In this document: piece by piece, positions 52,222-61,355 of the stretch
Numbering within the stretch: position 1 is the first letter of the stretch
How the letters are laid out: every line of letters starts with the position of its first letter
NCBI GenBank assembly: GCA_965224085.1
Contig: CBDCYI010000004.1
Coordinates: 781,170-845,169, forward strand
Origin: Candidatus Marinacidobacterales bacterium
GTDB taxonomy: Bacteria > Acidobacteriota > Vicinamibacteria > Marinacidobacterales > SMYC01
DNA: 64,000 bases
Direction: 5' to 3'
Position numbers and translations under genes: made by a program
The notes under the pieces: model-generated
The model's database searches: none
What the model was told of the DNA's origin: nothing
The model's input: only the letters and a program-made list of their open reading frames with translations

Positions 52222-53610
52222 ATGGCACGTCGCGTCAGGACAAAAAGCAGTCGTCAAGCAAGACGGAAAAAATTGGAGCACGAGCTCGACACGGTAAATC
52301 TAGATGCTGCAGGGATTGATATTGGAGCGGAGTCAATCGTGGCGGCAGTCCCGAAGGGGCGCACTCCTGAGGGCGAACATGTCCGCACGTTTCAGAGCTT
52401 TGTATGCTCGCTGCGAGAGCTGGCCAATTGGCTGAAGGCGTGCGGCGTGTGCACGGTGGCGATGGAGTCGACCGGAGTTTATTGGATTTCACTGTACGAG
52501 TTGTTGGAAGACGAGGGATTTGAAGTCTATCTGGTCGATGCTCGCAAAGTGAAAAACGTATCTGGGCGCAAGTCAGACGTGTCGGATGCGGAGTGGCTGC
52601 AACAGCTGCATACATTCGGGCTACTCCCAAAAACCTTTCGGCCGGAATCGGCGATTTGCGAGCTAAGGGCATACACCCGCCAACGAAGCTCGCTGGTGGA
52701 GTCAGCGGCTCGCCACATTCAGCATATGCACAAAGCGCTCAACCAAATGGGGCTCCAGCTACAACACGTCCTGCGCGACGTGACCGGAGTCACCGGCCTT
52801 GCGATCATCCGAGCGATCTTGAGAGGAGAGCGAGATCCTCGTGACCTAGCAAAACTGAGGCATGAACGTTGCCACAACGATGAGGCCACGATCGCGAAAG
52901 CCTTAGAAGGTAACTATCGGAGCGAGCATGTTTTCGCTCTTCAACAGTCGGTGGAGTTGTACGATTTCTATCAAGAGAAAATGGAAGACTGTGACAAGCG
53001 GATCGAGAGATGCCTGTCCAAATTGGAGACCCGGCCTCAGGACGCTCGGCCTAAGCCGAAACCACGGACACGGCGAGCGCGTAGCGGCAACGGGCCGCGC
53101 TTTCCGCTCGCTGAGTCTCTATTGGGACTCACGGGGGTGGACCTAACCAGGGTTCCCGGCTTAGGTAGCTATGCCGTTCTGCAGCTCGTAGGAGAAACCG
53201 GTTGCGACATGAGCCCGTGGAAAAGTGACAAGCACTTCACCTCATGGCTAGCTCTCGCACCGAATAATAAGGAGTCCGCTGGTCGAATCTTTCGCCGGGC
53301 CACCCCAATGAGCTCCAGTCGTGCTGCAAAACTCTTTCGCCTCGCCGCGTGCGCTGTCCGCAATACCCAAACCGCGCTCGGCGCTTTCTATCGACGAATC
53401 CGATCGCGACGAGGTGCTCCAAAGGCCATCACAGCTACCGCCCGTAAAATAGCGACCATCTACTTCCGCATGCTTGCGACTGGAGAGGAGTTCATTGAGC
53501 TCGGTCAGGACGCCTATGAAAGGCAATACCAGCAACGCCTCCTGAGTAATCTCCGACGCAAAGCTACCCGACTCGGCTTCAGCCTCGTTCCCGATCAATC
53601 CATATCATGA
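52222..53610 (+). CDS. IS110-family transposase (DEDD_Tnp_IS110 + Transposase_20)
   Basis: AGIDIGAES...VAMESTGVYW (RuvC-like DEDD N-domain) and a C-terminal Tnp_20 domain. The ATG at 52222 carries SD AAAGGAG; local GC is lower than the flanks. Confidence 0.85.
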   Translation: MARRVRTKSSRQARRKKLEHELDTVNLDAAGIDIGAESIVAAVPKGRTPEGEHVRTFQSFVCSLRELANWLKACGVCTVAMESTGVYWISLYELLEDEGFEVYLVDARKVKNVSGRKSDVSDAEWLQQLHTFGLLPKTFRPESAICELRAYTRQRSSLVESAARHIQHMHKALNQMGLQLQHVLRDVTGVTGLAIIRAILRGERDPRDLAKLRHERCHNDEATIAKALEGNYRSEHVFALQQSVELYDFYQEKMEDCDKRIERCLSKLETRPQDARPKPKPRTRRARSGNGPRFPLAESLLGLTGVDLTRVPGLGSYAVLQLVGETGCDMSPWKSDKHFTSWLALAPNNKESAGRIFRRATPMSSSRAAKLFRLAACAVRNTQTALGAFYRRIRSRRGAPKAITATARKIATIYFRMLATGEEFIELGQDAYERQYQQRLLSNLRRKATRLGFSLVPDQSIS

Positions 53611-53786
53611 AAAATGCCTTCGGCCGGGAGTGTCAGTCGAAAGTACCGTCAGGAAACGGCGTGCGACTCCTTGCGGAGCAGCCCGTGCCAATGCAGCGAC
53701 AAACCCAGAGAACGATGGTGGTTTTCCAGTACTCGCGCTCCGTGTCGTCGAACCTTGCACGATCTCTGTATGACAGAAAGAAGGTT

Positions 53787-53996
53787 CTATCCGGGCGCGC
53801 CGGCACTTCGGGCTGAATTCCTTTCGTAGTGTTGAGAAATGGAATCGTCTACTGAGATGGGGCCTTCAGCGATCCGCTCGGCGAGCGTTTGACCTTCGAC
53901 GAGCTCGAGAACGAGTGCGTTCTGCTCGAACCGAGAAATACTCGCAATGTTCGGATGATTCAGAGATGCGAGCAGCTTCGCTCCCGGGGACAGTGG
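53787..53996 (-). pseudogene. Ser/Thr protein kinase catalytic-domain fragment (subdomains IV-V only)
   Basis: AKLLASLNHPNIASISRFEQNALVLELVEGQTLAERIAEGPISVDD matches the kinase subdomain IV-V consensus (L.HPNI...L.LE.VEG.TL...GP). It lacks both N- and C-terminal parts and is flanked by IS110 and vapC. Confidence 0.5.
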
Positions 53997-54080
53997 CATG
54001 ACTCGATGTCTACCCGCGCCGAAGCATCGACGCGAAGAGTACAAACAAGTCGTGCAGACGAGTACCACGGAAATGGGCGC

Positions 54081-54503
54081 CTAGCGATCGTGCCAGTCTT
54101 CGATCGTCAGTCCGTCAAAGCCTTGATAGTCTCTGACGTTGGCCGTCACGAGCACCAACGCATGGACACGGGCGACGGCTGCAATTTGCCCGTCGGCGAA
54201 GGAAGGCGTATTGCCCGAGGCGGTCAGCCGCACTCGCTCCGACGCGTGCCACACGGCCGCAGCGTCATCGTAGCCGAGAACGGGAACGTGAGGACCGATC
54301 ACGTTCCTGAGGTACGCTTCGAGCGACGATCGTCGGCGCGACGGTTCGAGCCGATAGCAGCCGAACCAAAGCTCGTGCCAGACCACCGATGCGGTGGCGA
54401 TGCGTCCTTCGGCTTCGACGATTCTTTTCTGAACCCGCGGATTCGGTGTTGGCTTCGCCGGCTCGGAGAGAACATTGGTATCGAGAAGGTACGTGAGCGT
54501 CAA
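54081..54503 (-). CDS. vapC: Type II toxin VapC (PIN-domain ribonuclease)
   Basis: LLDTNVLSE acidic PIN motif; 4-nt overlap with the upstream antitoxin. Confidence 0.85.
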   Translation of the reverse strand: MTLTYLLDTNVLSEPAKPTPNPRVQKRIVEAEGRIATASVVWHELWFGCYRLEPSRRRSSLEAYLRNVIGPHVPVLGYDDAAAVWHASERVRLTASGNTPSFADGQIAAVARVHALVLVTANVRDYQGFDGLTIEDWHDR

Positions 54504-54790
54504 AGGCGAACGTCCCGCCCCCGTGACCGATCGCGTACGCCGTCGTAGGCGGCCTCGATGTCCAGTTCCTCGAGGTCGACATTTCTCCTGAAGTCGTCGA
54601 TGGCACGACTCAGCGGGACGGAGCGCTTCATCTGGGCGTCATACCGATCCGTCGCGATGAGCACGGCCACCGGCTCGCCACGCCGCGTCAACGTCACGAT
54701 CAAGCCGCGCTCGGCGTCGCGCACGAGCGACGGAAGGTTCTCCCGTGCCGCCGAGATGGATACCTCTTTCCTCTGCTCCACGATGTACAT
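54500..54790 (-). CDS. vapB: Type II antitoxin, Phd/YefM family (VapB)
   Basis: SISAARENLPSLVRDAERG..IVTLTRRGEPVAVLIATDRYD matches the YefM fold consensus. Confidence 0.75.
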   Translation of the reverse strand: MYIVEQRKEVSISAARENLPSLVRDAERGLIVTLTRRGEPVAVLIATDRYDAQMKRSVPLSRAIDDFRRNVDLEELDIEAAYDGVRDRSRGRDVRL

Positions 54791-54806
54791 TATATCTGTA
54801 CATTAC
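54785..54806 (-). promoter_or_regulatory. Direct repeat TAATGTACA x2 overlapping the vapB start; candidate autoregulatory operator and leaderless promoter
   Basis: Minus strand reads TAATGTACAGATATAATGTACATCG; the TATAAT-like hexamer ends at the initiating ATG, and the two TGTACA palindromic hexamers are 6 nt apart. Confidence 0.35.
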
Positions 54807-55029
54807 ACTGATTTCAATGGGAGACGGGCGCGAGACAATCTCATTAAACGCCGAGCTAAGTGGCATGGGCTCGATGATCTACCTTCCCGCTAACCTTTTC
54901 TCAGTCAGTATGAAACGACCAGCTCCGTGACGTAGCGTCGTGGATTAGGCTACGGAACGGAAATCTCAGTGGCCCAGAGCCACGATACGAAAGGAGCTGG
55001 TCGTATGAAGGATTGTACCTTTACTAGGA

Positions 55030-55272
55030 TTGGATGTACATGCGGAGACGATAGCGGCGTTTGTGGCGGACGAGGACGGCACGGAACGCAATCTGGGCGT
55101 GGTTGCTCACCGTCCGTCGTCGATCGAAAAGCTGTTGAAGAAGGTCGGCTCGAAGGAACGCATCCACGCGGTCTATGAAGCCGGTCCGACGGGGTACCAA
55201 TCTCACCTGAGCGATGGGTTCGTCGAATCGATGTCGCAAACCCAGAAATACTACAATCTTTCAAAGATCTAG
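55030..55272 (+). mobile_element. IS110-family transposase N-terminal fragment (80 aa)
   Basis: MDVHAETIAAFVADEDG...VYEAGPTGY matches the start of IS110 transposases; the rest is missing. Confidence 0.6.
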
Positions 55273-55376
55273 GCCCGAGCTCAATAGCAATGACGTTCGT
55301 GAGGCCATTCGAGATCCCTTCCGCACAACCTAGTAGGGGCTAGCGCGTCCCTCGACGGACGTCGGTATAATTCTTT

Positions 55377-56009
55377 GTGGCTGGGCTTCCCTTTGACGAT
55401 CATTTTCGGGAGCGCGTATCGGAGCATCTCGATCGCTTCGATCGGCGCGCGATAGCACCCGACGCTCTCACACGGGCGGCGGTCGCGATCGTGCTCGTCG
55501 GCGACAGTATGGGTGAAGCCTCGTTCATCTTGACTCGCCGGCCGCCCAACCTTCGTCGACACGCGGGACAATGGGCGTTGCCCGGAGGCCGTTGCGACGA
55601 TGGCGAGAGCCCGATCGACGCCGCACGGCGAGAGCTCGAAGAAGAGGTCGGTGTCAGCCTCGACCACGAGAGCGCCGTCGGCCGTCTCGATGACTTTAAG
55701 ACACGCTCGGGCTTTTTGATCACGCCTGTCGTCTTCTTTGGACCGAGCGAGCCCGCGCTACGCCCCGACCCCACCGAGGTCCACGCCGCCTATGTCGTCC
55801 CGCTCAAAGTCCTCGAGGCACCCGACGTTCCGACCATCCGGGAGAGTGCAACAAGCGTCCAACCCTTGATTTCTATAACAGTCGAATCGCTGGGCACAAC
55901 GATCTGGGCGCCGACGGCGGCGCTGCTCTTCCAAACACGCGAAGTCGTCGTTCACGGCCGTTCGACGCGCGTGGCACATTTCGAGCAACCACGTTTCGCG
56001 TGGAAGTAG
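55377..56009 (+). CDS. NUDIX hydrolase (CoA pyrophosphatase-like)
   Basis: Nudix box GGRCDDGESPIDAARRELEEEVGV; LTRR...LRRHAGQWALPGG as in CoA pyrophosphatases. Confidence 0.75.
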   Translation: MAGLPFDDHFRERVSEHLDRFDRRAIAPDALTRAAVAIVLVGDSMGEASFILTRRPPNLRRHAGQWALPGGRCDDGESPIDAARRELEEEVGVSLDHESAVGRLDDFKTRSGFLITPVVFFGPSEPALRPDPTEVHAAYVVPLKVLEAPDVPTIRESATSVQPLISITVESLGTTIWAPTAALLFQTREVVVHGRSTRVAHFEQPRFAWK

Positions 56010-56030
56010 CTCGCGCGGCAGCTCTCTGAG

Positions 56031-56252
56031 TCACGCCACCTTTCGCTCGATGCCCTCTTGAACTTTGAACTCTGCGACGAGGCTTCTCAGCTCCGCGGCC
56101 ATTCGAGAAAGCCCGTCCGCTGCACTTTGGGTCTGGCTGACGCCGGCCGAGGCGCTCTGCGCCGCCTCAGCGACACCGACGATGTTCTGAGCGATCTCGC
56201 TACTGCCCTTGGCCACCTCAGCGACGTTCCGCCCCATCTCATTGGCCGTCAC
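56031..56252 (-). pseudogene. Methyl-accepting chemotaxis protein C-terminal fragment (last ~70 aa of the signalling domain)
   Basis: EVAKGSSEIAQNIVGVAEAAQSASAGVSQTQSAADGLSRMAAELRSLVAEF matches the MCP signalling-domain tail; there is no upstream HAMP, ligand or transmembrane region. Confidence 0.55.
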
Positions 56253-56312
56253 AAACTGCTCCTCGACGGCACTGGCAATGACATTTTGGGCGTCATTTAT
56301 TTGGCCAATGAT

Positions 56313-57398
56313 CTAACCGCGCTGCGTGCGTTGGCGGAGCGCGTGATCGGCGAGGGTCACCGCCATCATCGCTTCGGCCATCGGGACGAACCGCGGCAAG
56401 AGGCAGGGGTCGTGCCGCCCTTTAGTAGCGATCGTCGTGGCCTCACCTTCGCGGTTCACCGTTTCTTGTTCCCGGGGAAGGCTGCTCGTCGGTTTGACCG
56501 CACACCGCAGCACGATAGGCATGCCCGACGAGATGCCGCCTAGCATTCCGCCATGTCGATTGGTGCGGGTCACGATGCGCTCGCCGTCGCGCGTCAACAC
56601 GTCGTTGGCTTCGCTTCCCCGCATCGTCGCGACGCCGAAGCCCGCGCCGTACTCGACGCCCATAACGGCGGGAAGGCTCAACATGGCCTTTCCGAGATCG
56701 GCCTTCAGCTTGTCGAAGACGGGCTCGCCCCAACCCGGAGGGACCCCCGTCGCAACGATCTCCGAGATACCACCAACAGAATCGCGCGCGCGCCTAACCT
56801 CTTCAATGAGCGCAATCATCTCCTCCGCGACGGCAGCGTCGGGACAACGCACGATGTTGGCCTCCACGGCCTCGAGCGTCACGGCATCCGGATCGGGCAC
56901 CTCCGCCACCAGGTCTCCGATCTGTTTCACATAGCCGACGATACGCACGCCGAAAAGCTCACCAAGAAGCTTCTTCGCCACCGCACCGGCAGCGACCCGC
57001 ACGGAGGTTTCGCGCGCGCTCGAGCGGCCGCCGCCTCTATAGTCACGGAAACCGTATTTCGCGTCGAACGTCAGATCGGCGTGTCCGGGGCGATACTTGT
57101 CGCGGTTCTCCGAGTAGTCGCTGGGCCGTTGGTCTCGATTGCGGATGCTTATCGCAATCGACGTCCCCGTCGTCTTGCCGTCGAAGACTCCGGATAGAAT
57201 CTCGGGGGCATCCGCCTCTTGGCGCTGCGTGGTTACTTTGGACTGGCCCGGACGACGCCGATCTAGATCGGGCGTGAGGTCCGACTCCGAGAGCGCGAGC
57301 CCAGGCGGAACTCCGTCGATGATGACGACGTAGCCCGGCCCGTGGCTTTCGCCCGCGGTCGTGATCCGAAGACACTGGCCGAAACTGTTTCCAGGCAT
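56313..57398 (-). CDS. aroC: Chorismate synthase
   Basis: [32 protein letters not shown], and full-length similarity. Confidence 0.95.
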   Translation of the reverse strand: MPGNSFGQCLRITTAGESHGPGYVVIIDGVPPGLALSESDLTPDLDRRRPGQSKVTTQRQEADAPEILSGVFDGKTTGTSIAISIRNRDQRPSDYSENRDKYRPGHADLTFDAKYGFRDYRGGGRSSARETSVRVAAGAVAKKLLGELFGVRIVGYVKQIGDLVAEVPDPDAVTLEAVEANIVRCPDAAVAEEMIALIEEVRRARDSVGGISEIVATGVPPGWGEPVFDKLKADLGKAMLSLPAVMGVEYGAGFGVATMRGSEANDVLTRDGERIVTRTNRHGGMLGGISSGMPIVLRCAVKPTSSLPREQETVNREGEATTIATKGRHDPCLLPRFVPMAEAMMAVTLADHALRQRTQRG

Positions 57399-57406
57399 GG
57401 CCTATG

Positions 57407-57982
57407 TTACTTCGGTCGAGACGGAAAGGTAGGCGCAACGCAAAGATAAGAAAGAGGCACTGCGTCCGCGAGCCACACACCGTTGTCGGAGACCAACAAC
57501 GTGTACCCGTCCGCAGCCATTGCGTGGGCGTCGACCTCGAGGATGATGATCTCGCCCTTGCGCCGGGCGCCGACGCGGCAAGCCGTCTCCACATCCGGAG
57601 ACAGGTGCACGTGGTGGCGGCTCATCGGGCGCAAACCGCCGCTCGCTTGAATCTTGGCCCACTTCTCGCTCGTCGTGCCGTGAAACAAGTGGGCAGGCGG
57701 CTTCTGTGGTGTCGAAGACACGGCGTGAACGTAGGAGACGCTGTGCCCTTGATTGGCCCGCACCTGCCCATCCCGGAGCGTGTAGCGTTTCTTGTCGTCG
57801 TTGGCGACGATTTCCTGAAGCGCCTCCATCGTGAACTGTGGGTAGCGAGGGCGCATGGCGCTCACAAGCTCGGCGGCATCGACGTAGCCCGATGGGTCGA
57901 GCCTCACCCCGATCTCTTCAGGACGGTGACGCAACACGTAGCAAAGAAACTTGCTGACGTCCCGACGGATCCACTCAGGCAC
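57407..57982 (-). CDS. kptA: RNA 2'-phosphotransferase (Tpt1/KptA family)
   Basis: SKFLCYVLRHRPEEIG...GYV, HGT..., and HVHLS motifs of Tpt1; its start abuts the stop of the upstream ligase gene. Confidence 0.85.
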   Translation of the reverse strand: MPEWIRRDVSKFLCYVLRHRPEEIGVRLDPSGYVDAAELVSAMRPRYPQFTMEALQEIVANDDKKRYTLRDGQVRANQGHSVSYVHAVSSTPQKPPAHLFHGTTSEKWAKIQASGGLRPMSRHHVHLSPDVETACRVGARRKGEIIILEVDAHAMAADGYTLLVSDNGVWLADAVPLSYLCVAPTFPSRPK

Positions 57983-59665
57983 TTAGGCCTCGGATCCGGG
58001 GAATCGAATCAGCTTGCCCCGAATCCGCCCGCCAATGAGGGCGGAGTCCCACGCGATGCTAACAGGCGTGAGGTGCGGCGCGCGGGAGCGGATGAAACGC
58101 CCACGAGTAAAAGCCGGCGTCCCTTCCGGAGGCTCCGAAACGGCTCTTTCGATCTCGCCCGGTGCCACCAGGAACCGGTGCACGTTTCCGGTCGCCGCGA
58201 ACTTCTCCGCATATCCTTCTTCGAGCTCGTGATAGCGAAGATCGATCGTCTTGAGCATCGCGAGGTCATTCTCATCGCCACAGGCCTCGAGAAGATAACG
58301 CTTCGTCACCCAGTCGAGGCGCCCGACGAGCCGCGACATCTCTTTGCGCTCGAGAGCCACGAGCACGTCTTCCCATTGCTCCACGACTTCGGACGCCTCG
58401 AGTGAGGTCGTCTTCGACGCGCTCAAAAAGCCTTTCGCTTTCTCGAGGTAGTAGCGCTGAAGCTCTAAGGCGCTCACCTCGCCGCGATCGCTCTGCACCA
58501 CGGCTTCGAGGCTAGGATCCGCCGTTAGCGCGTGAAGTGCGGCGACGGGTTTCGGGAGGTTCGGAGCGTCGCGGAGCCAGCCGGCTTCGGCCATATCGAT
58601 CACGAGCGCGGTCGTCCCCATTTTCAAGAACTCGGTGTCCTCCAGCATGCTGGAATCCGCGAGGCCGAGTTGCAGGCGTTGCCGCCGGCGAAACAAGCTC
58701 AGGAGCGGCAATATGTGGAAATGCGCCGCCGCGAGGGCCGGCTTCATCAAGTTACCGGTATCGAAGATCGCGCGGTCGTTAGGGCTGATCGAAAAACGCA
58801 TTTTTCGCTTGATCGCCGGCGCTTTTTCGGACAGCACGAAACGCCCGTCTGGCTCGACGCTTCCCGAACCGCTCAGCACGGGACGCGACACGAGAAATGC
58901 CAGCGTCTTTTGTCGCACGCGGCGGAAGGCGAAAAGACGGAGCAGCAAAGAAAGGGCTGCAATGACAGGCAAGGTCACAACATAGCTCAGCCAATAGAGG
59001 AAGCGTCCGAGTAGGTTCTCGAGCTTGTGATCTTCGAGCGACGTGAGACGAGCAAACCATCGGCGGTGTCGCAACGGCGGAAGCGCCGCCACGATGGCCG
59101 CAGCCGTTCCGACGACGATGGCCGCGACCAGGAGCGCCATGAAGACCAACCAGCCGAGGACCACCGTCGCTGCGAGAAGCGGCATGAGGAGTGTGAGGCC
59201 AAGCCGGTACAACCAGAGCACGCGGCCGGGGGCGACCCGGCATTCGAAGCTCTCCTGCGCGCCATAGACATGCCCTTCGACGTCACGGCAGTTTTTCAGA
59301 AGCCCGAGGCGACCGGGAAAACCGCTAGAACCGAGCTCCTGCTCGGCTTCGGGGATCGCTTTGCGGAGAAGCGATTCCTGAGCTTTCTGGTAGAGCAGGA
59401 GCTGCCCCGGCCCGCGACATTCGGGCGTGGCGCCTTCGATGAGACCGCCTTCCACATGGTAAGGCAGATACTCGTAGTGAAAGGCGCCACCATTCTCTGT
59501 GAAGATCTGGGGCCGCTCGGAGTACATGCCCGGCTCGGTGCGAACCCGTCTCCCGATGGCACGGGCCAACGAGTCGTAGATTCTATCGTTTCCTGGATGA
59601 GCGAAATCGGGAGAAAAGCGAATGGCGTATTCAGTCTCCTGTCCCATCAGGCGACCGAACAACAC
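57983..59665 (-). CDS. Pup-ligase/deamidase (PafA/Dop) family protein with a ~100-aa hydrophobic insertion (predicted 3 TM helices)
   Basis: N-terminal RLMGQETEYAI (PafA RIMGIETEYG motif) and GATPEC. C-terminal half aligns with PafA/Dop (LVIDMAEAGWL, SALELQRYYLEKAKGF, RLDWVTKRYLLE, IDLRYHELEEGY, TRGRF...). Residues ~150-250 read VLWLYRLGLTLLMPLLAATVVLGWLVFMALLVAAIVVGTAAAIVAAL...LYWLSYVVTLPVIAALSLLLRLFAF; GTG start. Confidence 0.75.
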   Translation of the reverse strand: MLFGRLMGQETEYAIRFSPDFAHPGNDRIYDSLARAIGRRVRTEPGMYSERPQIFTENGGAFHYEYLPYHVEGGLIEGATPECRGPGQLLLYQKAQESLLRKAIPEAEQELGSSGFPGRLGLLKNCRDVEGHVYGAQESFECRVAPGRVLWLYRLGLTLLMPLLAATVVLGWLVFMALLVAAIVVGTAAAIVAALPPLRHRRWFARLTSLEDHKLENLLGRFLYWLSYVVTLPVIAALSLLLRLFAFRRVRQKTLAFLVSRPVLSGSGSVEPDGRFVLSEKAPAIKRKMRFSISPNDRAIFDTGNLMKPALAAAHFHILPLLSLFRRRQRLQLGLADSSMLEDTEFLKMGTTALVIDMAEAGWLRDAPNLPKPVAALHALTADPSLEAVVQSDRGEVSALELQRYYLEKAKGFLSASKTTSLEASEVVEQWEDVLVALERKEMSRLVGRLDWVTKRYLLEACGDENDLAMLKTIDLRYHELEEGYAEKFAATGNVHRFLVAPGEIERAVSEPPEGTPAFTRGRFIRSRAPHLTPVSIAWDSALIGGRIRGKLIRFPGSEA

Positions 59666-59685
59666 CGACGTGGCGTGGCGACGCG

Positions 59686-59835
59686 CTATTCGCCGCCCTC
59701 GGGCACGATGGTCTCGCTGAGGTAGCGATCCTTGAGGGTGCGAGCGTCCTTCGCGATCTCGAGGATAATTCGCTGAGCGCTGTGCTCGCGCGCGTCGTGC
59801 TCTTCTTCGATTTCAAATTCGAGGATGGGTTCCAT
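59686..59835 (-). CDS. 49-aa acidic protein ending in -PEGGE; candidate Pup-like modifier (not in ORF track)
   Basis: Manual translation gives MEPILEFEIEEEHDAREHSAQRIILEIAKDARTLKDRYLSETIVPEGGE*. SD GGAG lies 11 nt upstream of the ATG at 59835; the stop is 20 nt before the ligase start. C-terminal Gly-Gly-Glu as in Pup(E). Confidence 0.5.
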   Translation of the reverse strand: MEPILEFEIEEEHDAREHSAQRIILEIAKDARTLKDRYLSETIVPEGGE

Positions 59836-59977
59836 GAGTGTTCACACTCCTACTTCGCTACGTCCACCATACCACAGTCTGCCATTCGCTGCAGCCTCAG
59901 CACGGCCACCAGCCGGAGCCGGCGCTCTGGAGTTGCGCGTTTCTAAATTGATCTCTTCGAGCGCACATCGTGTCGGG

Positions 59978-61330
59978 CTAGCCAAGAACCGCCTTGACGG
60001 ATTCGGTGATGGTTTCCACCGTCCGGTCGATTTCAGCGTCCGTGATAACCGCCGGCGGCGCGATGCAATAGACGTCGCCGCGAACCCTCGAGAAGAGCCC
60101 CCGCTGGTCGGTCTCGGCGAGAAGCTGGGGGCCGATTTTATCGGACGGCGGAAATTCCTTTTTCGTTGCTTTGTCCGCGACCATCTCGACGGCGCACATC
60201 AGCCCGAGGCCGCGAACCTCTCCAACGTGCGGGTGGCTCTCGAGCGCCCTACGCAAGCCGTCGTTAAGCCTTTTGCCTTTCTTCCCCGCCGCCTCCACGA
60301 GGCCTTCACGCTCGATGATGTCGAGGTTGGCCAGCGCGATTCGGCAACCGACGGGATGGGCGCTGTACGTGTACGCGTGCATCCAGATCGTATCGCCTTG
60401 GTTCAGCACGTCCGACACTACGTCGCTGATCCCAATGCCGCCTAGCGGAAAGTAGCCGGACGTGACGCCTTTCGCGAACTGGATCATGTCCGGCTTTACG
60501 CCCCAATGCTCGAGTCCGAACTTCGTCCCCGTGCGGCCGTAACCCGTGATGACTTCGTCCGCCACGAGAAGCACGTCGTACTGGTTGCAGATTTCGCGGA
60601 TGCGGTCGAAATAATCGTCCTGCGGCACGATCACGCCGCCGGCGCCTTGGACGGGCTCGGCAAGGAACATCCCCACCGTATCCGGTCCTTCCGCGAGAAT
60701 CGCTTTTTCCAGCTCGTTCGCAGCCGCGACACCTTGGCTCGTGCCCTCGGGCGCTTCGTAGCGATAAGGATACGGCGAGGGGATATGGACGAAGCCCGGC
60801 ACCCGCGGCTCGAACATCGGCCAATAGCTCTTGATGCCCGTGGCGCTCATCGCCGCGAGCGTCACTCCGTGATAGCCCCACTGGCGCGAGATGACCTTGG
60901 TCTTTTCGGGCTCGCCTTTGAGCTTCCAGTAATAGCGCGCGGTCTTGAAGCAGCTATCGCTCGACTCACCGCCGCCCGAAGTGAAGAAGAAATGATTGAT
61001 GTTCGGATAGGCCCACTCCGATAAGCGTTCTGCGAGGTCGATCGCGGGACGGTTTGTGCTTCCGGAATATCCCGAGCAGTAGCCGAGCGTGCTCATCTGA
61101 TCGGAAGCCACCTGCGCGAGCTCCTTGCGCCCGTGTCCGGCGAACACGTTCCAGAGGCCGGAGAGGCCGTCGATATATTCCTTCCCGTCCAAGTCGTAAA
61201 GACACGCTCCCTCTCCACGTGTCCAGACGTGGCCTTTTTCGTGGGCCGCGGGATTGTGGAGCGGGTGGATAAGATGCGCCTGGTCGCGCGCAAGAAGGTC
61301 GCCTTTCTTTCGGGCTTCGGAGGTTGCCAT
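59978..61330 (-). CDS. Class III (omega) aminotransferase
   Basis: PLP motifs DEVITGYGRTG, FAKGVTSGYFPLGG; full-length. Confidence 0.9.
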   Translation of the reverse strand: MATSEARKKGDLLARDQAHLIHPLHNPAAHEKGHVWTRGEGACLYDLDGKEYIDGLSGLWNVFAGHGRKELAQVASDQMSTLGYCSGYSGSTNRPAIDLAERLSEWAYPNINHFFFTSGGGESSDSCFKTARYYWKLKGEPEKTKVISRQWGYHGVTLAAMSATGIKSYWPMFEPRVPGFVHIPSPYPYRYEAPEGTSQGVAAANELEKAILAEGPDTVGMFLAEPVQGAGGVIVPQDDYFDRIREICNQYDVLLVADEVITGYGRTGTKFGLEHWGVKPDMIQFAKGVTSGYFPLGGIGISDVVSDVLNQGDTIWMHAYTYSAHPVGCRIALANLDIIEREGLVEAAGKKGKRLNDGLRRALESHPHVGEVRGLGLMCAVEMVADKATKKEFPPSDKIGPQLLAETDQRGLFSRVRGDVYCIAPPAVITDAEIDRTVETITESVKAVLG

Positions 61331-61355
61331 AGGCCTATCCTATCCCCTTTGTCAT

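Noticed and set aside
57404-58405. 333-aa plus-strand ORF overlapping kptA and the Pup-ligase-like gene
   Set aside because: It is antisense to two genes with strong family signatures; Arg-rich spurious ORF.
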